Part shown: piece after piece, positions 20,399-30,608 of the stretch
Numbering within the stretch: position 1 is the first letter of the stretch
How the letters are laid out: every line of letters starts with the position of its first letter
DNA from: Fastidiosibacter lacustris
GTDB taxonomy: Bacteria > Pseudomonadota > Gammaproteobacteria > Francisellales > Francisellaceae
Reading direction: 5' to 3'
Assembly (NCBI RefSeq): GCF_003428155.1
Contig: NZ_QLIR01000018.1
Span: 1,428-33,427, forward strand
DNA: 32,000 bases
Program-made: the position numbers and the translations under genes
Notes under the pieces: generated by a model
Database searches by the model: none
Seen by the model: only the letters and a program-made list of their open reading frames with translations
What the model was told of the DNA's origin: nothing

Positions 20399-21408
20399 TT
20401 TTAGATATTATTTGGATCGTTTTGAAGATTTTATTGATAGTCATCCCATTGATACTTGTTGTTGCTTATTACACTTATGCTGAACGTAAAGTGATCGGTT
20501 ATATGCAGGATCGTATAGGTCCAAATAGAGTGGGTTCGTTTGGTCTTTTACAGCCAATTGTTGATGCAATTAAGCTTTTATTAAAAGAGATTATTATTCC
20601 TGCGAAATCAAACCGATATTTATTTTTTATTGCGCCGATGTTGGCTTTTGCTCCAGCTTATACTGCTTGGGCGGTTGTGCCATTTGGTCAAGGAGTTGTG
20701 TTAGCAAATATTAATGCAGGTGTGCTATATATTTTGGCGATGACTTCCATTGCAGTATATGGGGTGATTATTGCCGGCTGGGCTTCTAACTCGAAATATG
20801 CGATGTTTGGAGCATTACGTGCGGCAGCGCAAGTGGTCTCATATGAACTTGCAATGGGCTTTGCGATTATTGGTGTGCTGATTGCTGCTGGCTCCTTGAA
20901 CCTAAGCACGATTGTCGAAACGCAAAAAGGGGGCTTTTGGCATTGGTATTTTATTCCACTTTTCCCGCTTTTCATTATTTATTTTATTGCAGGAGTCGCT
21001 GAAACTGGGCGTGCGCCATTTGATGTGATTGAGGGGGAGTCTGAAATTGTAGCGGGTCACCATGTCGAATACTCAGGTGCACGCTTTGCGCTATTCTTCT
21101 TGGCAGAATATGCCAATATGATTTTGATCAGCTTATTAACAGCTGTTTTTTTCCTAGGCGGCTGGATGTCACCATTTGAGCAGATTCCGGTGTTGGATAA
21201 ATTCTTTAACTTTGTGCCGGGTATAATTTGGCTATTCTTAAAGACAGGGGTATTTATGTTTATGTATCTTTGGATTCGTGCTACTTTTCCAAGATACCGT
21301 TATGATCAATTAATGCGTTTGGGTTGGAAGATTTTTATTCCAGTTACCCTAGTATGGGTAATTGTAGTTGCTTTCATGGTTAAACTTGGCTTAAGCCCTT
21401 GGTGGTAG
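20395..21408 (+). CDS. nuoH: NADH-quinone oxidoreductase subunit H
   Basis: [68 protein letters not shown]. Confidence 0.97.
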   Translation: MILDIIWIVLKILLIVIPLILVVAYYTYAERKVIGYMQDRIGPNRVGSFGLLQPIVDAIKLLLKEIIIPAKSNRYLFFIAPMLAFAPAYTAWAVVPFGQGVVLANINAGVLYILAMTSIAVYGVIIAGWASNSKYAMFGALRAAAQVVSYELAMGFAIIGVLIAAGSLNLSTIVETQKGGFWHWYFIPLFPLFIIYFIAGVAETGRAPFDVIEGESEIVAGHHVEYSGARFALFFLAEYANMILISLLTAVFFLGGWMSPFEQIPVLDKFFNFVPGIIWLFLKTGVFMFMYLWIRATFPRYRYDQLMRLGWKIFIPVTLVWVIVVAFMVKLGLSPWW

Positions 21409-21424
21409 GAGAGGAGGTTTAGAT

Positions 21425-21916
21425 ATGTTTAAAACAATTAAACGTTATTGTCAGACTTTCTTGCTGTGGGAGTTAGTAAAAGGTCTTAAGATTACAGGTA
21501 AGCATCTTTTTACGCGCAAGGTAACCGTGCAATATCCTGATGAAAAAACACCACAATCAGGTCGTTTTCGTGGTTTACATGCTTTACGTCGTTATGAAAA
21601 TGGTGAAGAGCGTTGTATTGCATGTAAATTGTGTGAAGTGGTATGTCCTGCTTTGGCAATTACAATAGAAGCAGCGCCGCGCAAAGATGGTTCAAGGCGC
21701 ACCACAAAATATGAAATTGACTTATTTAAATGTATTTTTTGTGGCTTGTGCGAAGAATCTTGTCCTGTCGATTCTATTGTTGAAACACGTATATTTGAGT
21801 ATCACTTTGAGAATCGTGGTGAAAATATCATGACAAAAGCAAAACTGTTGGCAATTGGAGATCAGTATGAACAGGAGATTGCCAGGGATCGTGAAGTGGA
21901 CAAGGCATTTAGATAG
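21425..21916 (+). CDS. nuoI: NADH-quinone oxidoreductase subunit I (ferredoxin-like)
   Basis: Two 4Fe-4S motifs [12 protein letters not shown] and [16 protein letters not shown]. Confidence 0.97.
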   Translation: MFKTIKRYCQTFLLWELVKGLKITGKHLFTRKVTVQYPDEKTPQSGRFRGLHALRRYENGEERCIACKLCEVVCPALAITIEAAPRKDGSRRTTKYEIDLFKCIFCGLCEESCPVDSIVETRIFEYHFENRGENIMTKAKLLAIGDQYEQEIARDREVDKAFR

Positions 21917-21924
21917 GAGCCAAG

Positions 21925-22527
21925 ATGAGCGTTAACATTATATTTTACGTTTTTGCAACCCTCACTGTTTTAGGTGCTTTGCTGGTGATTAGTGCTAAAA
22001 ACCCAGTGCGAGCAGTGATTGCTAAGGTATTTACTTTCTTTGCAGCAGCGGGGGTGTGGTTAACTATGCAACAAGAATACTTGGCTTTACTTTTAATCGT
22101 TGTTTATGTCGGTGCGGTTTTGGTTATGTTCTTGTTTGTGGTGATGATGCTTGATATCGATATCATCATTAAGCAAAAAAAGCTTGTTTTCTATTGGCCG
22201 ATTGTAATTGTGCTTTGTGTTTGTTTGGCTGTGTTGATTTCAATTGTGGCGACACATACGTTTAGCGGTAAAGTGCTCACAGGGGGATTAGGTACAGTTG
22301 AAAACCTAGGACGTGAGCTGTTTTCTGATAAATATCTCTATACTTTTGAGCTTGCAGGTATGATTTTGTTAGCTGCAATGGTTGCGGCTATCACGCTTAC
22401 TTTCCGTGGTAAAAAACCAGGTAATAAATCTATGAACCCCGCATTACAAATCAAAACTCAGGCTAAAGATCGTTTGACAATGGTTAAAATGAAGTCTGAA
22501 AAGACTAATAAGGGAGAACCTAAATGA
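21925..22527 (+). CDS. nuoJ: NADH-quinone oxidoreductase subunit J
   Basis: [52 protein letters not shown]. Confidence 0.95.
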   Translation: MSVNIIFYVFATLTVLGALLVISAKNPVRAVIAKVFTFFAAAGVWLTMQQEYLALLLIVVYVGAVLVMFLFVVMMLDIDIIIKQKKLVFYWPIVIVLCVCLAVLISIVATHTFSGKVLTGGLGTVENLGRELFSDKYLYTFELAGMILLAAMVAAITLTFRGKKPGNKSMNPALQIKTQAKDRLTMVKMKSEKTNKGEPK

Positions 22528-22841
22528 CAAGTATTCCTGTGCCCTTAACGCATTATCTTATTTTTAGTGCCATTATTTTTTCACTGAGTGTTGCTGGTAT
22601 TATCATCAATCGTCGTAACTTGTTGATCTTATTGATGTCAATAGAGTTAATGTTATTGGCGATAAATACGAATTTTATTGCCTTTTCAAGTATGCTAAAG
22701 CAAAACACAGGTGAGGTGTTTGTATTCTTCATTTTAACTGTTGCAGCAGCAGAAGCAGCGATTGGTTTAGCGATTGTTGTGGTGTTATTTAGAACACGTA
22801 AGACAATTGATGTTGGTCAACTTAATACACTAAAAGGTTAG
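22524..22841 (+). CDS. nuoK: NADH-quinone oxidoreductase subunit K
   Basis: [51 protein letters not shown]. Confidence 0.96.
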   Translation: MTSIPVPLTHYLIFSAIIFSLSVAGIIINRRNLLILLMSIELMLLAINTNFIAFSSMLKQNTGEVFVFFILTVAAAEAAIGLAIVVVLFRTRKTIDVGQLNTLKG

Positions 22842-22845
22842 GTCA

Positions 22846-24855
22846 ATGGGTATTGATTTTATTATTGCTATCATCATTTTGGCGCCAGCATTTGGTGCAA
22901 TTGCGGCGGGCTTTTTTGCTAAGAAAGTCCAGCCTATTGGTGTGAATTGCATTACCATTGGCTTGGTTGGGTTGTCGTTTATTCTAAGTGTGGTCTTAGC
23001 TTTAGGCGTGTATCTAAATAATGCTGTTTATACAGCAACTTATTTTAACTGGGCTCTTTTTCCAAGTTTAGGCATGAAAGTAAGCTTCACTGTCGATAGA
23101 CTTTCTGCTTTTATGATGGTGATTGTGACTTTCGTATCAGCTTTAGTCCATATCTATTCAGTTGGTTATATGCGTGGTGAAGCAGGTTATGCGCGCTTCT
23201 TTGCTTACATTTCAGGCTTTACTTTTGCTATGTTGTGCTTAGTCATGGGTAATAACTTTTTATTACTTTTCTTTGGTTGGGAAGGTGTTGGTCTATTCTC
23301 GTATTTGCTTATTGGTTATTACTTTGATAAAGACTCAGCCAATGAGGCAAGTTTACGTGCATTTATTATTAATCGGGTTGGTGACCTTGGCTTTTTATTA
23401 GGCATTGCTGCGGTCATTTACTACTGCAATTCCATTGATTATAGTACGGTGTTCACTACTATAGCCAATTTGGATAATAACCAAGTGATTTCCTTTTTAG
23501 GCATGAAGTTTAGTCCAATTACCTTAATGTGCGTGCTGTTGTTTGTTGGTGCAATGGGTAAATCAGCTCAGTTTCCATTACATACCTGGTTAGAAGGCTC
23601 AATGGAGGGTCCAACACCAATTTCTGCTTTGATCCATGCTGCAACGATGGTAACAGCAGGGGTGTTTATGGTAGCGCGCTTATCTCCGATGTTTGTTCAC
23701 TCGACAACGGCTTTAAGCTTTGTGATGATTATTGGCGCCATTACGTGTTTGTTTATGGGGTTGATTGCAATTGTGCAGATGGATATTAAGCGCGTTATTG
23801 CTTATTGTACATTATCTCAATTGGGTTATATGATGGTTGCTCAAGGCGCATCGGGTTTTTCAATCGGTATGTTCCATTTAATGACCCATGCGATGTTTAA
23901 AGCTTTACTATTTTTGGCAGCAGGTTCGGTGATTGTTGCGCTTCATCACGAGCAAGATATGCGTAAAATGGGTGGATTGCGGAAATACATGCCTATTACC
24001 TATATTTGTATGATCATTGGTGGTTGGGCGCTTGCAGCTATCCCTCCATTTGCAGGTTTTTTCTCAAAAGATTTAATCATTGAAACAGCAGAAATCACTA
24101 CTTTACCTGGTCATGAATTTGCGTATTATTTAGTATTGGCATGTGCATTTGTTACTCCATTCTATACTTTTAGAATGATTTTTATGACTTTTCATGGTCA
24201 GCCAAGAATGGACGCGCATACTAAGGCACATATAAAGGAATCACCTTGGAGTATTTTGATTCCACTTATTTTGCTAGCCATTCCATCGATTTTTATGGGT
24301 ATGTTGTTCTTTGAACTAGCGTTAACACCAAATACAGCTAATTCAGACGGGTTCTTTGGCAATACTATTGCGCAATATATGCAACCGCAATTAGGTAACA
24401 TGACCGTAATTAGCGTATTGGCAGAAGAAGCAATAACGAAAACACCTTGGGACTACATTATGCACTCCCTGCATACTGCTCCTTTTTGGTTAGCAGTCTT
24501 AGCTTTGATTCTAGCCTATATCTTTTATGTTTTGATGCCAAATATTCCAAAGACACTCGCCAACGTACGCTCAGGTATGGGTATTTTGCATTATGTGTTA
24601 GTAAAAAAATACTTTATTGATGAACTGTATGACTTGGTGTTTGTTAAAGGTACGAGGTTATTGAGTAAATTTTTATGGGTTGTCGTTGATATCTTTATGA
24701 TCGATAAAATTGCTGTGCAAGGTAGTGCAAATTTAATTTATTTCACTGGTAAGAAACTGACCAAGGTTCAGCGTGGTTATTTGTTTGATTATGCGTTGGT
24801 GCTTTTGATCGGTGTATTGGCATTAATCACATGGCTTATTTTTTGGGTAAACTAG
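22846..24855 (+). CDS. nuoL: NADH-quinone oxidoreductase subunit L
   Basis: FFGWEGVGLFSYLLIGYY, GAMGKSAQFPLHTWLEGSMEGPTPISALIHAATMVTAGVFMVAR, LSQLGYMMVAQG, MTHAMFKALLFLAAGSV. Confidence 0.97.
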   Translation: MGIDFIIAIIILAPAFGAIAAGFFAKKVQPIGVNCITIGLVGLSFILSVVLALGVYLNNAVYTATYFNWALFPSLGMKVSFTVDRLSAFMMVIVTFVSALVHIYSVGYMRGEAGYARFFAYISGFTFAMLCLVMGNNFLLLFFGWEGVGLFSYLLIGYYFDKDSANEASLRAFIINRVGDLGFLLGIAAVIYYCNSIDYSTVFTTIANLDNNQVISFLGMKFSPITLMCVLLFVGAMGKSAQFPLHTWLEGSMEGPTPISALIHAATMVTAGVFMVARLSPMFVHSTTALSFVMIIGAITCLFMGLIAIVQMDIKRVIAYCTLSQLGYMMVAQGASGFSIGMFHLMTHAMFKALLFLAAGSVIVALHHEQDMRKMGGLRKYMPITYICMIIGGWALAAIPPFAGFFSKDLIIETAEITTLPGHEFAYYLVLACAFVTPFYTFRMIFMTFHGQPRMDAHTKAHIKESPWSILIPLILLAIPSIFMGMLFFELALTPNTANSDGFFGNTIAQYMQPQLGNMTVISVLAEEAITKTPWDYIMHSLHTAPFWLAVLALILAYIFYVLMPNIPKTLANVRSGMGILHYVLVKKYFIDELYDLVFVKGTRLLSKFLWVVVDIFMIDKIAVQGSANLIYFTGKKLTKVQRGYLFDYALVLLIGVLALITWLIFWVN

Positions 24856-24879
24856 GGCATTTAGAGGAAAGTTAATATT

Positions 24880-26493
24880 ATGTTTATAACTCATTATTTA
24901 CTGAGTTTACTAATTTGGGTGCCGGTTATTGGCGGCTTTATTGTGCTTGCGGCAAAATCTCCTGATGGCAAGAAAGAAGCAGCGCGTTGGACGGCACTGG
25001 CAGTGGCGGTGATAACGCTTCTATTGTGTATTCCTTTATATCTTGAGTTTGATCCAACCACTGCACAAATGCAGTTTGTTGAGCGTGTACGTTGGTTTAG
25101 TTTGTTTGCTAATAAAGATGCCGTTTATTACTATCTTGGTGTAGACGGTTTTTCTGTATTGTTTATTATTTTGACAAGTTTCACCAACCTTGTAATTGTG
25201 CTGGCGGCTTGGCATAGTATCAAGGTGCGTTTAAGACAGTACATGGCGATCTTTTTGATTACAACAGGCTTAACCAATGCTGTTTTTATGGCACAGGATA
25301 CTATGCTTTTCTATATTTTCTGGGAAGCATTATTAATTCCAACAACTCTGGGTATTGGTATTTGGGGCGGTAAGAAAAAGGCCTATGCAGCTCTTAAATA
25401 CTTTTTGTATACCTTTGCAGGTTCTATCTTCTTATTGCTTGCGTTTTTATACATACAACGACAAGTAGCCGCTTTGCCCACTAGCTCACTTGTGGATAGT
25501 GGCACGTTCTCGATCCAAAACTTTATCTTCTGGGCAACGGAAGTTAATAACATAGGGCAATTGATCAATATTACGCTAACGACGCAATTGCTATTGTTCG
25601 GTGCATTTTTCTTGGCTTTTGCCGTTAAAATACCGATGTGGCCGTTTCATTCATGGTTACCAGATGCGCATTCAGAAGCACCCGCGGGTGGTTCGGTTGT
25701 TTTGGCTGCTTTGATGTTAAAGCTAGGTGCATATGGTTTCCTACGCTTTGTGTTGCCTCTGATTCCAGCAGTTACTGCTATGTTGGATTGGTTTTTAATT
25801 GTTATGTCCCTCATTGCTATTGTATACGTTGGGATTGTTGCAATTGCTCAAACTGATTTTAAACGCTTAATTGCTTACTCATCCATCTCACATATGGGAT
25901 TAGTGACATTGGCAATGTTTTCGATCTTTCTTTTAGTAAAAAATAATCCAGATCACATGCTTGGAATGGCGGATGCGCAGTTTGCCATTCAAGGTGCGGT
26001 GTTTCAGATGATTGCTCACGCTTTTTCGTCAGGTGGAATGTTTATTGGTTGTGGTTATTTATATTTACGGATGCAAACACGTAATATTGCTGATTTTCAA
26101 GGTGTTGCCCGTTCAATGCCAATATTTGCGACTTTTTTTATGTTATTTTGTTTAGCAAACGTCGGACTCCCAGGCACAAGTGGTTTTGTCGGTGAGTTTT
26201 TAATTATTTTAGCTGTGTTTAAATATTCTCCTTGGGTGGCACTGTTAGCAGGATTGACACTTATCATTGCACCTGCTTATACGCTTTGGATGTATAAGAG
26301 GGTGTTCTTTGGTAAAGTAGTAACCACACAAGTGGCGACACTTAAAGATATTTCTGGACTTGAGATTTTTGTGCTTGTGTTGTTGGCAATACCAACGATT
26401 TTGTTTGGTGTTTATCCTGAGCCGATTTTACAACTTTCTTCTGCGGCTTCAACGCATATCATCCAAGCTGCACATGCGATAACGATAGGATAA
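24880..26493 (+). CDS. nuoM: NADH-quinone oxidoreductase subunit M
   Basis: FFLAFAVKIPMWPFHSWLPDAHSEAPAGGSVVLAALMLKLGAYG, YSSISHMGLVTLAMF. Confidence 0.97.
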   Translation: MFITHYLLSLLIWVPVIGGFIVLAAKSPDGKKEAARWTALAVAVITLLLCIPLYLEFDPTTAQMQFVERVRWFSLFANKDAVYYYLGVDGFSVLFIILTSFTNLVIVLAAWHSIKVRLRQYMAIFLITTGLTNAVFMAQDTMLFYIFWEALLIPTTLGIGIWGGKKKAYAALKYFLYTFAGSIFLLLAFLYIQRQVAALPTSSLVDSGTFSIQNFIFWATEVNNIGQLINITLTTQLLLFGAFFLAFAVKIPMWPFHSWLPDAHSEAPAGGSVVLAALMLKLGAYGFLRFVLPLIPAVTAMLDWFLIVMSLIAIVYVGIVAIAQTDFKRLIAYSSISHMGLVTLAMFSIFLLVKNNPDHMLGMADAQFAIQGAVFQMIAHAFSSGGMFIGCGYLYLRMQTRNIADFQGVARSMPIFATFFMLFCLANVGLPGTSGFVGEFLIILAVFKYSPWVALLAGLTLIIAPAYTLWMYKRVFFGKVVTTQVATLKDISGLEIFVLVLLAIPTILFGVYPEPILQLSSAASTHIIQAAHAITIG

Positions 26494-26501
26494 GATTAAA
26501 T

Positions 26502-27944
26502 ATGATGTTAGCAAATATTATCACTGTATTACCTGAAATTACCTTGAGTATTGGCGCACTTGTAGTGATGTTATCTGACTTGTTTTGGGGCAAGAGAGTT
26601 AAGAATATCGCCTATATTTTGACTCAGTTATTTTTAATTATTGCGTCTTGGATTTTATTGAAGTCTTTGTTAAGCCACGTCCATGTCGGTTTTGAAGGGC
26701 AAACTCTATCCAACGAACTAACTTTTGTATTGCAAGAAGTTATTGTGTTAGTTGCGTTTTTCGTGTTTATCTATTGTAAAGAATACATAGAAGATAGGCA
26801 GTTACCGCAAGGTGAGTTTTATGTGTTAGCACTTTTGTCTATTTTGGGGGCGCTGGTGTTAACTTCAGCACATAGTTTATTAACTATTTACATTGGATTA
26901 GAGCTTTTATCTTTACCGCTTTATGCACTTCTTGCGATTCGCCGCGGATTTGCTAAAGGTGCTGAAGCAGCAATTAAATACTTTGTATTAGGAGCGATAG
27001 CATCAGGCTTGTTATTATATGGAATGTCGTTTATCTATGGTATTACTGGCAGTCTGGATTTAACTGAAATTGGTAAATACCTTACCAATCCAACAGCTGC
27101 ACATATGGATATCGTGTTAATCGCTATGGTATTAATGATTACAACGGCTACTTTTAAGCTTGGAGCTGTGCCTTTTCATATGTGGGTACCAGATGTTTAT
27201 GAAGGCTCACCTAATGCAGTGACTGCTTTTTTAGCGTCAGTACCAAAAGTTGCCGCTTTTGCAATGCTTGTTAATATTCTAATGATTGCAATGCCAGCAC
27301 AATCCTTTGCCTGGACAAAAGTATTAATGGTATTGGCAGTGATTTCGATCTTCTTTGGTAACTTGATGGCGCTAGCCCAGAAGAACCTTAAGCGTTTATT
27401 AGGTTATTCCACGATTTCGCACGTCGGATTTGTGTTGTTAGCGCTTATTTTGAATCCCACTGCTTTTGCGGTATCAACTGCATTATTTTATGTTATCATC
27501 TATGTACTTATGTCAGCAGCAGCTTTTGGTGTACTTATCGTATTGAGTGTTAAAGGTAATGATGTTGAAAACCTAGGTGACTTTGCAGGACTGAACCGTC
27601 GTAATCCGTGGATTGCCTTTCTAATGTTGATCGTCATGTTTTCAATGGCAGGTATTCCACCGTTATCAGGTTTTACAGCTAAGCTTTTTGTGATTATGGG
27701 CTTGGTTGATACAGGGCATCTAGGTTTGGCTATTTATGCACTTATCATGTCTGTCATTGCTGCATATTATTATTTACGTGTTATTAAAGTGATGTACTTT
27801 GAGTTACCTAAAAACCAGACCCCTGTTTATGCCAATAAAGTTACTTTGTTTGGCTTGAGTATTAACACCGGACTGATTTTACTATTAGGGGTATTCCCAG
27901 CACTTCTTGTTACACTTATTACACCAATTTATATGCTGTTTTGA
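26502..27944 (+). CDS. nuoN: NADH-quinone oxidoreductase subunit N
   Basis: FKLGAVPFHMWVPDVYEGSPNAVTAFLASVPKVAAFAM, LLGYSTISHVGF, FSMAGIPPLSGFTAKLFV. Confidence 0.96.
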   Translation: MMLANIITVLPEITLSIGALVVMLSDLFWGKRVKNIAYILTQLFLIIASWILLKSLLSHVHVGFEGQTLSNELTFVLQEVIVLVAFFVFIYCKEYIEDRQLPQGEFYVLALLSILGALVLTSAHSLLTIYIGLELLSLPLYALLAIRRGFAKGAEAAIKYFVLGAIASGLLLYGMSFIYGITGSLDLTEIGKYLTNPTAAHMDIVLIAMVLMITTATFKLGAVPFHMWVPDVYEGSPNAVTAFLASVPKVAAFAMLVNILMIAMPAQSFAWTKVLMVLAVISIFFGNLMALAQKNLKRLLGYSTISHVGFVLLALILNPTAFAVSTALFYVIIYVLMSAAAFGVLIVLSVKGNDVENLGDFAGLNRRNPWIAFLMLIVMFSMAGIPPLSGFTAKLFVIMGLVDTGHLGLAIYALIMSVIAAYYYLRVIKVMYFELPKNQTPVYANKVTLFGLSINTGLILLLGVFPALLVTLITPIYMLF

Positions 27945-27953
27945 TTTTTATTA

Positions 27954-27985
27954 TTAGGAGTATTTCTAGCACTATAGAGTCCTAA
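27954..27985. terminator. weak candidate hairpin 3' of nuoN (TTAGGA ... TCCTAA)
   Basis: Perfect 6-bp arms TTAGGA (27954-27959) and TCCTAA (27980-27985) with an inner TCTA/TAGA pairing. Not GC-rich and not followed by a clean T-run, so only a weak candidate between convergent transcription units. Confidence 0.2.
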
Positions 27986-28158
27986 CTTTCTATCTTAACT
28001 TTACTTTAAGTTGTTTCAGTAATTACCAGTGATGTATAGTCATTCTAATAAATATTCACATTATCCAATCTATATTTCAAAATGGTTATCATAAGATATA
28101 GGATAGATTTGACACTTAGAAATTTAAAATGTTAGATGTGGTCTGTGGAGCGCTTACA

Positions 28159-29874
28159 TTAAGCCAACCAAAAGAAAATTACTATGGCTATACAGATCGT
28201 AATGAAAAAGAAAATCTTAGTAGAATTGTCATCAATATTTTTTCTTTCCAATGGTTTATTTACTGAGCTTTTAGTATTTAATTTAGATAATGAATTATGA
28301 GAATTGTTAGAACTGAAAGGTGATTTCTGACCAAAATGAGTATTACGGTTTCCATTATTTTTAATAGTAGATTGACTAACAGTTTGTGGTTTATTTATTG
28401 TGTTTTTCATCGATTTTATATCATTTAATAAACTAATGTTTTTATTTGATTGTTGTGGAAATGAAGTAATCTTACTTATTGTTTTATCATGATTTTTAAT
28501 ATGCTTTAAATCATCTAAAATACCTTTATTATTATCCTTAATATTAGGAATTACAGCTTTAGTTTTATTTAATCGAAACTTTGCATCTTGTTCATTCATA
28601 ATAAATAGCTGGTTAATATTTTTAAGCTCCATTTGTATTTGATTAGGTGCGCTTTTATGAGTTAAGAACATCCCACTAACACTTATCCATTTTGAAACTA
28701 AGTTATCTAAACTACCAACTCTTTTAATATCATTAGGTGTACAATTCCATACTACTATTTTTATCATTTTTTTTCCTTTAGAATAGGAGCTAAAATTTAA
28801 AAAAACGTATGGTTGATTAATTGTTGTCGTGCCTGATTTGTAGTTATGTATTTTCCCAATTAATTCTACTTTAGTTCCAATCAAAGAATATGCTAGATTA
28901 TAATCGGTAGCATCAACCACTGGAAATGCTGCAATATAATTCTTTTCACTAAATGGAGTTAATGAATGATTGCTAGTAGGAATGTTGCAACCATTTAAAA
29001 AATCGCTAAGAGTTGGTATTGATAGATAAGAGCTTTTGCAGATAGACATAAACCATTTAGCTTTATCCTCTAACTCATTTATTCTTAAAATACTATTGAA
29101 AATTTTAGAAGATTCTGGATCTCTAAAATCATTAGCCTTAAATACAATTGCATCACCTGAAGCACTTTCATTCCATATATCAGGTCTTTTTTGTAACACG
29201 TCTATTGCTAGAGAAAGTGATATAAATGAGAATCTATCAAGTTTGTTATCATAAGGGTTTATTTTTTCTCTTTCTGGATGTTGAAAGTTTCGCTGCCCAA
29301 GTTCAGCACTACCTAAATTTTTTATACCTTCAAAAAACATTCCATCATAATCTATTAATTTCACAGAGTAGTCAGAACTATTCACAATAAGATTATCAAT
29401 TTGAATATCTCCATGTGCTATATTATTTTTTTCTAAAAATATATTTAAACCCAATAATGATTGATTAAGTTTTATTAAAGCACTTGGATTATTTAGATTG
29501 TTCTCAATAAATTCACCAAGGGTTTCTCCATTAGCCCAATCCATTTTTATAATTGGGTATTTTTTCCCTTTTACTAATATGCCATTAGCTATAAAATCAA
29601 AATTAAGAAAATAATTTGAATTTAGTTTGTTAATATTTTTAGATATTTCCGCATAACGTGCTTCAAGTGATTTCGATTCTTTATGAAAGCAGCGAATTGC
29701 ATATTTTTTGTGATTATATTGAGCTATGTATGTTAATGCAAATCCACCACATAATGCTAATGGAACTCCTAATCCAGTTTTTTTGAAAATAGCATATTTA
29801 AGCTCATGATCACTAAAACATCCTTTAGGATTTTGTAATGCTTCTTGGTAATTTTCAAGGCTTGGATAAGGCAT
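28159..29874 (-). CDS. YegI-like serine/threonine protein kinase-like protein of a vWA-PP2C-kinase triad, with additional C-terminal module and C-terminal TM segment
   Basis: Kinase-like motifs: catalytic loop HGDIQIDNLIV, Mg-binding-like IDYDGM, and NFQHPERE in the APE-like position. C-terminal half contains a beta-rich region (GTKVELIGKIHNYKSG..QPYVFLNFSSYSKGKKMIKIVVWNC), an N/S/K-rich linker and a terminal hydrophobic segment KIFFFITICIAIVIFFWLA. Confidence 0.85.
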   Translation of the reverse strand: MPYPSLENYQEALQNPKGCFSDHELKYAIFKKTGLGVPLALCGGFALTYIAQYNHKKYAIRCFHKESKSLEARYAEISKNINKLNSNYFLNFDFIANGILVKGKKYPIIKMDWANGETLGEFIENNLNNPSALIKLNQSLLGLNIFLEKNNIAHGDIQIDNLIVNSSDYSVKLIDYDGMFFEGIKNLGSAELGQRNFQHPEREKINPYDNKLDRFSFISLSLAIDVLQKRPDIWNESASGDAIVFKANDFRDPESSKIFNSILRINELEDKAKWFMSICKSSYLSIPTLSDFLNGCNIPTSNHSLTPFSEKNYIAAFPVVDATDYNLAYSLIGTKVELIGKIHNYKSGTTTINQPYVFLNFSSYSKGKKMIKIVVWNCTPNDIKRVGSLDNLVSKWISVSGMFLTHKSAPNQIQMELKNINQLFIMNEQDAKFRLNKTKAVIPNIKDNNKGILDDLKHIKNHDKTISKITSFPQQSNKNISLLNDIKSMKNTINKPQTVSQSTIKNNGNRNTHFGQKSPFSSNNSHNSLSKLNTKSSVNKPLERKNIDDNSTKIFFFITICIAIVIFFWLA

Positions 29875-29882
29875 AAGTAATC

Positions 29883-30605
29883 CTAAAGTTTAAGACTAAT
29901 TAAAGTTGTATCATCTAGTCTAATGGAGTTATTTTTTCTATTATGCTCTATTAAATTCAAAAAGCTTTCTGTATCTTCTATTTCTAAAAGTTGACTCCAT
30001 TCAGATGTATTATTTCTTTCATACATTTTTAAAAACCATTCACCTAAAGCATCAGACATAACTAAAATATGTGGAAATTCAAAATGCTGTAAGTCCCATA
30101 CTCCTGTGTTAATTTCACTAATAACGTCATCATTACTAAAACTGTCATATTTACTTTCAGATGCTAACAATAAAGGTCGATGAGAGAACTCACAAGATTC
30201 AAGATAATGAAAAGTATTAATTTTCACATTGCCATCAAAAAGGATAGCTATACAATCGCCAATAGATAATAATTCAACTTTCTTTTTATCTTCATCAAAA
30301 GTAAGACCTAGTAAAGTTGAAAAACTACCCCGGCTATATGATGCTAATTTAGACCAACTAAAGTCAGATTTATCAAATTGAATAGAATAATTAAATCTGG
30401 CTTTTTCAAGCCATTCGGCATTGATGCATTCTGATTCAATATACTGATTAGCCAATACAGTTGCCCATTCTTTTGCCGCAAATGATTCACTGGCACCATC
30501 GCATAGTACAACCTTTTTATTGTCATAATTTATACAGAACACATCTTCATTACTTGAAAATTCAGTGGATTCTTTAGGAATTGTTCCTTGAAATTTAACT
30601 TTCAT
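29883..30605 (-). CDS. PP2C-family (YegK-like) protein phosphatase
   Basis: PP2C-like motifs: SSNEDVFCI, VVLCDGASESF, GSFSTLLGL, LLSIGDCIAILFDG, ILVMSDALGEWF, LDDTTLISLKL. Confidence 0.85.
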   Translation of the reverse strand: MKVKFQGTIPKESTEFSSNEDVFCINYDNKKVVLCDGASESFAAKEWATVLANQYIESECINAEWLEKARFNYSIQFDKSDFSWSKLASYSRGSFSTLLGLTFDEDKKKVELLSIGDCIAILFDGNVKINTFHYLESCEFSHRPLLLASESKYDSFSNDDVISEINTGVWDLQHFEFPHILVMSDALGEWFLKMYERNNTSEWSQLLEIEDTESFLNLIEHNRKNNSIRLDDTTLISLKL

Positions 30606-30608
30606 GTT

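Noticed and set aside
20688-20975. 95-aa minus-strand ORF within nuoH, and similar antisense ORFs in nuoB, nuoC, nuoD, nuoE, nuoF, nuoG, nuoL and nuoM
   Set aside because: Each sits in a complete, motif-rich nuo gene; spurious.
28110-28138. Plus-strand TTGACA at 28110-28115 as a promoter reading antisense into the kinase gene
   Set aside because: Good -35 but only a poor -10 (TTAGAT) at 17-bp spacing, and no plus-strand product downstream.
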